Shown: positions 1-9,428 of the stretch, one piece after another | Position numbering within the stretch: position 1 is the stretch's first letter | Layout: the number at the start of each line of letters is the position of its first letter | NCBI GenBank assembly: GCA_965369865.1 | Contig: CBDURU010000029.1 | Coordinates: 1 to 30,858, forward strand | DNA: 30,858 bases | Direction: 5' to 3' | From: an uncultured bacterium | Lineage (GTDB): Bacteria > JAJVIF01 > JAPKYR01 | Position numbers and translations under genes: made by a program | The notes under the pieces: generated by a model | Database searches by the model: none | The model's input: the letters and a program-made list of their open reading frames with translations, nothing else | What the model was told of the DNA's origin: nothing

Positions 1-86
1 CACGGCAGTGCGTCGAGTGGATTGTTTTAAAGTGGAAGACGCACTGCCGTGCTGTTCTACGGCTTGTCGTTTTTTCGATGGCTAAA
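1..86. repeat. GTAG-type REP/REPIN-like palindromic element (family A), truncated by the window start
   Basis: CACGGCAGTGCGTC (1-14) and GACGCACTGCCGTG (38-51) are a perfect inverted pair. The reverse complement of 21-86 matches 30590-30655 at 63/66 nt. Confidence 0.85.
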
Positions 87-142
87 AATGATTAATTTAT
101 CCTATAAAATCCAACCCCGGGACTCGGTCGGCACGAAAGTAT

Positions 143-172
143 TTGATTATTAATGAGTAATTTGAGTATCAT
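143..172 (+). promoter_or_regulatory. Putative sigma70 promoter for polA, probably leaderless
   Basis: TTGATT (143-148), 18 nt, TATCAT (167-172). The ATG at 179 lies 6 nt after the -10 and has no Shine-Dalgarno upstream. Confidence 0.45.
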
Positions 173-178
173 CCCTCT

Positions 179-2962
179 ATGTCTTCTGACAATTCCGATT
201 CCGGGCAACTCAAGCTTCCCGTTCGGGAAAGGCCCATGTTTCTTCTGATCGACGGGTATTCGCTCCTGTTTCGGGCATATTATTCGATGGGTGAAATGAA
301 CGCCCCGGACGGCACCCCGACCGGCGCGCTGTTCGGCCTAAGCAACATGCTCATCAAGGCGGTTGGGGATTTCAAGCCCGATTACCTGCTGGTCGCTTTT
401 GATGCCCACGGCCCGACTTTCCGGCACGAAAGTTTCCCTGAATACAAGGCCAACCGCGATGCAGCGCCGGAGGATTTAAAAATCCAGCTCGAGATGTCGA
501 GAGAGCTTGTCGATGCCCTTGGAATGGATCATGAGGAACTCCTTGGTTTTGAAGCCGATGATGTTATCGGGACTCTTGCGCGCAAGGGCGAGAGTAAAGG
601 CTGGGATGTACGAATTCTTACGGGCGACAGCGATCTTGGCCAGCTCGTAACCGAGAGAATCGTCGTTTACCAGTCGGTCAGGGGATCGGGACCGGACAGG
701 GTAATGAATATAGAGACAGTGTGTGAGAAGTACGGAATTAAAACTCCTCTTAACCTGACAGATTACAAAGGCCTCGTTGGAGATTCAAGCGATAATATCC
801 CGGGAGTACGCGGGGTTGGGGAAAAAACCGCCAAGAAGCTGTTGGCTAAGTATCCGACAATCGAGGAAATTTATGAGAATCTCGATCAGATCGAGGAAAA
901 ATTTAAAAAAAGACTCGAACCGGGCAGGGACATGGCATTTAAATCGAAGGACCTCGCGACAATTCGAACCGATCTGCCGCTCGATATCGATGGTAAATCG
1001 CAGGAGGAGTTCCGGTACGATCTCAAACATATCGATAAAGAACGGGCGTCCGAACTTTTCGCGAGGCTGGGGTTCCGGAAACTCGCTGAAAAGCTGGAAC
1101 TTCCCGAGCATGTGGAGGAAGGCCCATCGGCGCACGAATTCGAGACCGTAATTATTATTACTGAGGAACAGCTTGAAGAACTTATCGGTAAGATTTCGGA
1201 AGCCGGTCGTTTCGCGCTTGATTTCGAGACATCCGGACTGGACGCGAGAACTGAATCAATGGTCGGTGTGGCTTGCGCAGTCGATGACACCATGGGGTAT
1301 TACATACCGGTGGGACATAGCCCGTCGATCACCGATGAGTTTAAAATCCAGATTCCGTTAAAAAAGGTGCTGGAAGTATTCAAACCGGTCTGGGAAAATC
1401 CTGAAATCCAGAAAATTTGCCAGCACGGGAAATTTGAATGGCTGGTGTGCAACCGGTATGGAATAGAGCTTAAGGGGATCGTCGACGATCCTATGATAGC
1501 CGATTACCTGATCGATCCTGATAATCGTCACGGCCTCAAGGAAATGGCGCAGCGTGAATTAAGCTGGCAGATGACAGGTATCGAGGATCTGATCGGGCCT
1601 AAGGGGAAGGATCAAAAATCGATGGTCGATGTCCCTATCGACAGGGCGGCGCCATATGCGGCGGCGGACGCGGTCTCAACGCTGATGCTCGCGAAAATCT
1701 ACCGGCCGTGGATCAGGGATGACGGGATGGAGGAGTTGTACCGGAAGGTTGAGATTCCCCTGGAACCGATACTCGGAGGGATGGAAGCGGTCGGCATTCG
1801 ATTGAATCCGGATGTCCTGATTGATCTCGCTGACGATCTCGACCAGAAAATGGCCGATATCAGTTCGGTGATCTTCGGGGAAATCGGCGGGGAAATAAAC
1901 CTGAACAGCCCGAAACAGCTCGCGGAGGTTTTTTTCGATAATTTAGGGTATAAAAAATACCGCGGACGCAGCACATCGGCGGATGTATTAGAAAAATTAA
2001 GCGAGGAGCACGAACTTCCGACCATGGTTCTCGAATACAGGTCACTCGCTAAAATCCGCGGGACCTATACCAGGAACCTGATTGAATTAATTGACCCCAA
2101 TGACGGGAGAATTCACACATCGTACAACCAGACCGTAACAGCAACGGGACGGTTGTCGTCCTCGAATCCGAATTTACAAAATATTCCGATCAGGACAGAG
2201 ATCGGGCGCGGTATTCGGAAGGCGTTTGAACCGAACAATGACGGGGATGTGCTACTGTCGGCGGATTATTCCCAGATCGAACTCAGGCTGCTCGCACATT
2301 TTTCGAAAGATGAAGTTCTAATGGAAGCGTTTCAGAAGGATGAGGACATTCACAGTCGCACGGCTATGGAAGTATTTGGTGTAAAAGGCGAAGATGTCAC
2401 TCCTGACATGCGACGTGGTGCGAAAACAATAAATTTCGGAATTATTTATGGAATGGGCCCGGATGGATTATCGAAGGCGTTGAAGAAGTCACGGAGTGAA
2501 TGCCGCGAATTTATCGACCGGTTCTTCGAAAGATATCCCGGCGTAAAATCATATATGCAGTCCAATATCGACCATGGCAGTAAGCATGGCTACGTCAAAA
2601 CCCTGCTTGGGAGAAGGAAATATTATCCCGAGTTAAAAAGCGAAAACAGGATGAAACGGGCCGCTGCCGAACGTGCCGCGATAAATATGCCGCTGCAGGG
2701 ATCGGCCGCGGATATTATCAAGCTCGCGATGGTCAAGCTGCATTCTGAACTTATGGATCGGGGATTGAGGGAGTGCATTCTTCTTCAGGTTCATGATGAG
2801 CTTGTCCTGACTGTCCCTGAACCCCGGGTTGAGGAAATTTCCGAACTCGTGGGCAATTCGATGGCCGGTGTAAGCTCATTGGGCATTCCACTCGTTGTAA
2901 ATTGCAAAGCAGGGGTAAACTGGCTTGAAATGGAGTCGACAGGGGATTACAGGTCCGGTTAA
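179..2962 (+). CDS. polA: DNA polymerase I
   Basis: 5'-3' exonuclease motifs (LIDGYSLLFRAYY, EADDVIGTLA, GDSSDNIPGVRGVGEKTA); 3'-5' exonuclease motifs (DFETSG, YAAADA); family A motifs ADYSQIELR, KTINFGIIYG, LQVHDEL. Confidence 0.99.
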   Translation: MSSDNSDSGQLKLPVRERPMFLLIDGYSLLFRAYYSMGEMNAPDGTPTGALFGLSNMLIKAVGDFKPDYLLVAFDAHGPTFRHESFPEYKANRDAAPEDLKIQLEMSRELVDALGMDHEELLGFEADDVIGTLARKGESKGWDVRILTGDSDLGQLVTERIVVYQSVRGSGPDRVMNIETVCEKYGIKTPLNLTDYKGLVGDSSDNIPGVRGVGEKTAKKLLAKYPTIEEIYENLDQIEEKFKKRLEPGRDMAFKSKDLATIRTDLPLDIDGKSQEEFRYDLKHIDKERASELFARLGFRKLAEKLELPEHVEEGPSAHEFETVIIITEEQLEELIGKISEAGRFALDFETSGLDARTESMVGVACAVDDTMGYYIPVGHSPSITDEFKIQIPLKKVLEVFKPVWENPEIQKICQHGKFEWLVCNRYGIELKGIVDDPMIADYLIDPDNRHGLKEMAQRELSWQMTGIEDLIGPKGKDQKSMVDVPIDRAAPYAAADAVSTLMLAKIYRPWIRDDGMEELYRKVEIPLEPILGGMEAVGIRLNPDVLIDLADDLDQKMADISSVIFGEIGGEINLNSPKQLAEVFFDNLGYKKYRGRSTSADVLEKLSEEHELPTMVLEYRSLAKIRGTYTRNLIELIDPNDGRIHTSYNQTVTATGRLSSSNPNLQNIPIRTEIGRGIRKAFEPNNDGDVLLSADYSQIELRLLAHFSKDEVLMEAFQKDEDIHSRTAMEVFGVKGEDVTPDMRRGAKTINFGIIYGMGPDGLSKALKKSRSECREFIDRFFERYPGVKSYMQSNIDHGSKHGYVKTLLGRRKYYPELKSENRMKRAAAERAAINMPLQGSAADIIKLAMVKLHSELMDRGLRECILLQVHDELVLTVPEPRVEEISELVGNSMAGVSSLGIPLVVNCKAGVNWLEMESTGDYRSG

Positions 2963-3004
2963 ATATATGGCGGATTTTGGTATTTAGTATTAGTAGGATA
3001 AATC

Positions 3005-3090
3005 AAAAATCCGGGGACGCCTTTCCACTCGTCCTAAATCCGGGGACGCCTTTCCACTCGTCCTCGAGTTGAAGGTGTCCCCGGATTTTT
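3005..3090. repeat. GGGGAC...GTCCCC hairpin element (family B) with a tandemly duplicated left arm; may also act as polA terminator
   Basis: AAATCCGGGGACGCCTTTCCACTCGTCCT occurs twice in perfect tandem (3007-3035, 3036-3064), followed by the near-complementary arm CGAGTTGAAGGTGTCCCCGGATTTTT (3065-3090). Confidence 0.85.
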
Positions 3091-3094
3091 CAGA

Positions 3095-4482
<1,388 letters not shown>

Positions 4483-4520
4483 AAAAAGTATCTTACCCAT
4501 TCATCGCATGAAATAAAGAT

Positions 4521-4545
4521 ACTCGGGTTATTAACCCGAGTTTTT
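4521..4545 (+). terminator. Intrinsic terminator after eno
   Basis: Stem ACTCGGGTT/AACCCGAGT followed by a T run. Confidence 0.75.
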
Positions 4546-4570
4546 AATCTTCCCAATTTAGTCAAAGACC

Positions 4571-4719
4571 CGGTGCCGCCTCCACAATCCATCCTGGATT
4601 TTGGAGGTGCATCCCCTTATGGTGACTCCACGATTAAACTAACATCTTAGAGTCACCATAAGCAGATTCACCTCCAAGCTCCACTACGCTCCGCTACGTT
4701 CCGCGTGGAGGCGCCACCG
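4571..4719. repeat. Nested palindromic doublet (family E), REPIN-like or structured RNA
   Basis: Three nested inverted pairs: 4571-4585/4705-4719 (14/15), 4601-4609/4669-4677 (9/9), 4616-4628/4650-4662 (13/13). Confidence 0.8.
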
Positions 4720-4774
4720 ATTAACTTTAAATAAATGAGAGTATTTTTAAAATAATGAGCTTAAACTTAAATAA

Positions 4775-5524
4775 TTACCCCGACGCGGCTTCCAGCAACC
4801 CTCTGAACAAATCCAGACCTTTTATTCCGCCAATTAACAGGAACACTCCTATCCACAATAGCAGTGTCCCGATAATAAGCTCGAAAGTATCGAAATGCTT
4901 TTTCCATTTGTTTGAAAAAGCAATCAACCCATTGACTGACAATGCTGAAAGGAAGAACGGCACGCCAAGCCCGAGTGAATATGTCGCAAGTAACGAAGCC
5001 CCGTATGCTTTATTTCCCGAACCTGCCGCGATTGTAAGAATCGACGCGAGGAACGGCCCTACGCATGGAGTCCATCCGAACGCGAAGGCAGCACCAATCA
5101 ATAATGATGATAAAAGCCCGAGTTTGCCTTTCTGGACCTGGAACCGCGCCTCGAGATTTAAGAACCGGGGCTTCCAGATCTTGGTCATATTCAGTCCGAA
5201 CAGTATTAGCAGGAGTCCGACGATCCTCAGAAGGTGTCCGCCCCAGTTTATAAGAAATTTTCCGACTTCCGCGGAGACAAGTCCGAGTGAGGTAAAGACC
5301 AGGGAAAATCCCAGGATAAACATTAATGCGTTTACCAGGACCCTCTTGTGTATCTCCCTGGTTTCGGCTTCCGATAATTTTTCCTTACCGATCATCTGGT
5401 TGAAAGAAGTTCCCGATAAGATGGATAAATAAACAGGCACCAGGGGAAGCACACAGGGTGTCAGAAAGCTCAATGCTCCTGCGGCGAAAGCACCAATATA
5501 GGAAATCGTTTCGGTTGTTTCCAA
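4775..5524 (-). CDS. ccdA: Cytochrome c biogenesis protein CcdA (DsbD transmembrane domain)
   Basis: Six hydrophobic segments with the two redox Cys motifs FLTPCVLPLVP and FGWTPCVGP. TTG start preceded by GAGGTG. Confidence 0.95.
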   Translation of the reverse strand: METTETISYIGAFAAGALSFLTPCVLPLVPVYLSILSGTSFNQMIGKEKLSEAETREIHKRVLVNALMFILGFSLVFTSLGLVSAEVGKFLINWGGHLLRIVGLLLILFGLNMTKIWKPRFLNLEARFQVQKGKLGLLSSLLIGAAFAFGWTPCVGPFLASILTIAAGSGNKAYGASLLATYSLGLGVPFFLSALSVNGLIAFSNKWKKHFDTFELIIGTLLLWIGVFLLIGGIKGLDLFRGLLEAASG

Positions 5525-5823
5525 GAATTCACCTCACCATTTCCCGTACGGCCAGTTGGAAATGAGCACAGTTGTGATATGCAAACGATCAAGGGATTAT
5601 ACATGATTTTTGCTATGTGGTGTGTGACAATGAGGGTCATGCGGCGGTTCATTTTACGAGCCTTTGAAACAGAGCATGAACCATAGTAAAATTACCAGCG
5701 TCAAAGGATATGGACAGTATAAAAAGGGCGAACTTAAACAAACAATACCTGAACGATCGAGATAATATCGTTGGTGTAAATAACGGGAATATTCGCAATA
5801 TTTCCGCGATGAGGAAATCGACT

Positions 5824-7056
5824 ATGTCCAGAATTTCGATATCTGTGATAATTATCATCTCTGCCATAATCGGGGCGATTGCAGGTGGTGGTGTCGCGTT
5901 CTATGTTTTTAGTAAATCTCTGGATACGCAAATCAGCGCTCAACTGACGGGTTACACTGGCGCTGTGGGAACAAATTTCGATTCCGCGATGATGACATCC
6001 GATATCGGGTACACAAATTTAGAAACTACCAAACAGCCAGGAAGCGCCGCTTCGAATTTCCTGGACGGTGAGGAAATCGCGGTTACAAATGTATATCGCG
6101 AACTCAGCCCGTCGGTCGTACATGTCAGCACCATCCAGTATTACCGGAATTTCTTTTTCCAGGTAGTTCCACAGGAGGGCACCGGATCGGGATTCATAAT
6201 TTCCGAAGACGGTTACATCCTGACAAATAATCACGTGGTCCGGGGAGCGCACAACATCACAGTGCGGCTGGCGTCCAGTGATGAATACCAGGCGGAGCTG
6301 GTCGGTACCGATCAGATGACCGACATTGCTGTTTTAAAAATTCCTTCGGAAGCTATTGATCCCTCATGGGTAGCCCCGTTGGGAAATTCGGACACGCTTC
6401 AGGTAGGGCAGCGTGCGATCGCTATCGGAAACCCGTTCGGACTCGATTCGACTGTCACGGTTGGGGTGATTTCCGCGTTGAACCGTCCGGTAAGTACGCA
6501 GGAAACATCGTTTGAAAGCATGATCCAGACCGATGCCAGCATTAACCCCGGAAATTCGGGCGGTCCATTGATGGATTCATCGGGAGAAGTTATCGGAATC
6601 AATACTGTAATTTTCAGCCAGTCGGGAGGAAGCCACGGAATCGGTTTCGCAATTCCGATCAACGCCGCAAAACGTGTATCTGCCGACCTGATCGATTATG
6701 GGCGTGTACGACGGCCGTCGCTTGGATTCTGGGGACTCCAGATCGGGGCAAACCTTGCCGAAGTACTTGGCCTTTCGGTCAATTTTGGCGTCCTTGTGCA
6801 GGATATCGAAGGCGGGTCCGCTGCGGCCCTTGCGGGTCTCCAGGGTGGACAGGAACGAATCACCCTCGGCGATCGCCATCGCCAGTTTACTGTTTACAGA
6901 GACGGAGACATCATTATCGCTCTGAACGGCGGTCGAATTGATGCTTTATCGACTTTGGCTGACAGTATCATCCGCATGGACATAGGAACCGAAGTCAGCC
7001 TGACTGTCATTCGTGCCGGGGAACAGATCGAACTGACAATGATTTTGGCAGAATGA
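5824..7056 (+). CDS. htrA: HtrA/DegP-family serine protease with N-terminal membrane anchor and PDZ domain
   Basis: Catalytic triad motifs TNNHVV, DIAVLK, GNSGGPL; IQTDASINPG; C-terminal PDZ (GDIIIALNG). Start set at ATG 5824 after GAGGA. Confidence 0.93.
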   Translation: MSRISISVIIIISAIIGAIAGGGVAFYVFSKSLDTQISAQLTGYTGAVGTNFDSAMMTSDIGYTNLETTKQPGSAASNFLDGEEIAVTNVYRELSPSVVHVSTIQYYRNFFFQVVPQEGTGSGFIISEDGYILTNNHVVRGAHNITVRLASSDEYQAELVGTDQMTDIAVLKIPSEAIDPSWVAPLGNSDTLQVGQRAIAIGNPFGLDSTVTVGVISALNRPVSTQETSFESMIQTDASINPGNSGGPLMDSSGEVIGINTVIFSQSGGSHGIGFAIPINAAKRVSADLIDYGRVRRPSLGFWGLQIGANLAEVLGLSVNFGVLVQDIEGGSAAALAGLQGGQERITLGDRHRQFTVYRDGDIIIALNGGRIDALSTLADSIIRMDIGTEVSLTVIRAGEQIELTMILAE

Positions 7057-7135
7057 TATGAATCAGGCCCTGGAAATTTCCCGGCGCAAGGTTTGTTCGT
7101 ATTAATAAACCAAAGCGAATATTATCGACATTAAT

Positions 7136-7162
7136 ACAGGAGCTTATAACTCCTGTTTTTTT
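7136..7162 (+). terminator. Intrinsic terminator after htrA
   Basis: ACAGGAG, 7-nt loop, CTCCTGT, then a T run. Confidence 0.8.
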
Positions 7163-7198
7163 GCATTTGATAATCTTCGATAAAGGAGCCTGATCGAC

Positions 7199-7735
7199 AT
7201 GGAGCTAGCTTATATAACCGCGCGTGCAGTAGATGATGAGAGCTGGTCCGGTGGACTCCTCGTCACCGATCTCCGCGGACTTCCCCTGGATTTCCGGTAT
7301 GTGGAGCCAATCAAGCCGAGTAAAATCCAGAAACTGGTCTATGGCGGCGCGTTGAGGCGTTACCTTTTGCTCGATGCAATCGCGAGCACTCTTCTCAAAG
7401 CGTCTAAACCCAACGCAAGCTGGTTTTTCACAGGCGATGAACTTCTAAGGGAGCTTGAACCCGGCCTGAGCGGTAAGCTTGTAGTTATCGAACCCAGCGA
7501 TATCAGTCCGCTTTCCGAGACTGGAGAATGGAAACAGGAGGAAGTCGGTATGATTATCATGCAGGTTTCCCCAACCGGGAACCCGGTTAAGCTCACGTTC
7601 AAATCCGCCGATGAATCCGATACCGAGACAACCGCCGGCGAACTTGTCGATCTCGCGAGTGAACTCGATTTTACCGAACCGCTTAACAGGGTTGGGGAGG
7701 CGTTAAAGGAGATATGCAGCAACGGGGCGGTTTAA
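7199..7735 (+). CDS. Conserved hypothetical protein
   Basis: 178-aa ORF with AAGGAG RBS. The pattern GGLLVTDxxGxPLDFRYVEPIKPxxIQKLVYG...DFTEPLNRV resembles an uncharacterised bacterial family (from memory, not searched). Confidence 0.85.
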   Translation: MELAYITARAVDDESWSGGLLVTDLRGLPLDFRYVEPIKPSKIQKLVYGGALRRYLLLDAIASTLLKASKPNASWFFTGDELLRELEPGLSGKLVVIEPSDISPLSETGEWKQEEVGMIIMQVSPTGNPVKLTFKSADESDTETTAGELVDLASELDFTEPLNRVGEALKEICSNGAV

Positions 7736-8565
7736 ATAGTCTGTCATCCGGTTTAAAAACAGCACTTCACCGTCTGATCGCGGGTGTAAAGGTCGCGGAT
7801 ATCGGGCTGATCGAGCAATCCGATCCGGCAAATCTCGATTATTCAATTTCCACTTTCGCCGAACCACTGGATTATTGTGTCCATTCCGAGGCAACCTGCC
7901 AGGATTATGAGATCGGTCTGGGAGAAGTTACAGGAATGTCCGATCTGAAGGCAACAGGTTCAAGCATCGATGTAAGATTTGAATCGGATCCCGTTTGCAT
8001 GGAAATCGTCGATCCAATGGATATAAAAACCAACTGTGGCGATTTTGAATTCGGCGATCCGATTTCAGACCGGATTCAAATTGAGGAAATCAACGGGAAC
8101 GCCCAACTTCTTGCGGATTTTGTTATTCGGGGAACCGCACAGGTGACCGTTGTGAATGAACCGATTTGTGCCGGGCAACCTAAGATTGTCAACCTCAGCA
8201 GGGAAACCAGGACCTTTCAGGATACCGGGCGAATCCTGAAAAGGCCGATGGTTGTCAAACCGGCGCAATGGAGCGGGTTGGATAAAGGGTTTATTGTCAC
8301 GTGCTGGGATGCTCTGAATAAAAAGGCCCAGGCAAAACTTGGGGGAAAAACCGGGAGTAGCCTCGAAATGCTGGGCGTCTACAGGAAAATCGATCTCAAG
8401 ATGGTCCGTAGAAGCGAATTTGACAGATCGAAGAGGGAACTCAAGTTGTATTTCAACAGGGAGCAGGGGGCATCGGTAAACCGGTCAAAGAATTATGTTA
8501 TAATTATAGGACTTGAACGTACAGCCGGGAAAATAATCCAGGCAGTCATTCAGATTGATAATTAA
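7714..8565 (+). CDS. Hypothetical protein
   Basis: 283-aa ORF overlapping the upstream gene, with AAGGAG RBS. Acidic N-terminal half and basic C-terminal half; no family recognised. Confidence 0.75.
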   Translation: MQQRGGLNSLSSGLKTALHRLIAGVKVADIGLIEQSDPANLDYSISTFAEPLDYCVHSEATCQDYEIGLGEVTGMSDLKATGSSIDVRFESDPVCMEIVDPMDIKTNCGDFEFGDPISDRIQIEEINGNAQLLADFVIRGTAQVTVVNEPICAGQPKIVNLSRETRTFQDTGRILKRPMVVKPAQWSGLDKGFIVTCWDALNKKAQAKLGGKTGSSLEMLGVYRKIDLKMVRRSEFDRSKRELKLYFNREQGASVNRSKNYVIIIGLERTAGKIIQAVIQIDN

Positions 8566-8608
8566 CCGTTTTGTCGGCTAAATTACCTGAAATGGATAGG
8601 TTACCCGT

Positions 8609-9100
8609 ATGACCACCGTTGCGGTATTCCTTGGGATAATTGTAATAATTCTCCTGTACATGGGAAGCAGGTTTTTGAGGGACGCCAGGGGTATCAGGAA
8701 AGAACTGTCGGATGGCCGCACTCTCAGCGAACTTGATGACATGGTCAGAGAAACCAGGGAAAAACTCCTTGCCGATTACGATTCGATTACCGAAGGGCTG
8801 GACAAGCGTGTCCAGAAACTGGACCGTCTTAACAGTGAAGCCGCGACCATGATTTCAAGGCTGGAAGGCGTTCTCGACAGCGAACGGTTGAAAACACTTG
8901 AGGAGCGCGGAATCCTGTTTGCCATTGAGGCCGGCGACAGCCTTGGAAATGAGGTGGCAGATAAAAATTCAAGAATCTCGGATCTACTCAAGGGGGGAGC
9001 GTCCGTGGAGGAGGTCGCGAGGATCACAGAAGCGAGTGTCAGGGAAGTTGAGCTTATAAGGCTGCTTCTAAGACGGAGGGACGAGGCATCGGGAACGTAG
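8609..9100 (+). CDS. Single-pass membrane protein with coiled coil and C-terminal HTH-like segment (DUF2802/DUF6115-like)
   Basis: N-terminal TM helix (VAVFLGIIVIILLYMG), heptad-rich middle, and C-terminal ISDLLKGGASVEEVARITEASVREVELI. Confidence 0.75.
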   Translation: MTTVAVFLGIIVIILLYMGSRFLRDARGIRKELSDGRTLSELDDMVRETREKLLADYDSITEGLDKRVQKLDRLNSEAATMISRLEGVLDSERLKTLEERGILFAIEAGDSLGNEVADKNSRISDLLKGGASVEEVARITEASVREVELIRLLLRRRDEASGT

Positions 9101-9102
9101 TG

Positions 9103-9338
9103 CAAATCCGGTAAGATAAAAATTGATTGGGTCGCGTGGCGTCGACACGCTGAGTGAGACAAATCCTGTTAAATAAAAATTGATTGGACATAATTAGAAT
9201 TTAGGGGTACACCTGCTTTTCGACGAGCGAAAAGAGGTGTCCCCGATCTCAGATGGGCGAAAAGAGGTGTCCCCGATCTTAGCTTTTCGAGGTAAATTAA
9301 TGCTAAATATGTCAAATCAATTATAGTTTAAAGGATTT
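9103..9338. repeat. Mosaic intergenic repeat: family C arms, family D hairpin and family B hairpin
   Basis: C arms at 9103-9130 and 9158-9201, inverted C arm at 9299-9338; D hairpin at 9133-9161; B hairpin at 9204-9244 with GCGAAAAGAGGTGTCCCCGATCT duplicated (9227-9249, 9257-9279). Confidence 0.8.
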
Positions 9339-9428
9339 AATTTTACATCTGGCTCAATTTTGTAAACATCCAAAGGTATTTAATGGATATTAATAAGTAT
9401 TAAAAACGACCTTTTGGAGGATCGTTCA

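Noticed and set aside
3007..3064. Two 29-bp direct repeats as a mini CRISPR array
   Set aside because: They are directly adjacent with no spacer, are one arm of a hairpin, and no cas genes are present.
4755..5432. Long antisense ORF over ccdA, and similar shadow ORFs such as 12760-13263, 18792-19430, 21651-22322 and 23073-23741
   Set aside because: They overlap well-supported genes on the opposite strand and show no motifs or RBS.
7060..7162. c-di-GMP-I-like riboswitch before the 7199 gene (GGAAA...GGCGCAA followed by a terminator)
   Set aside because: The required paired stems and conserved nucleotides could not be built. The terminator is adequately explained as the end of htrA.
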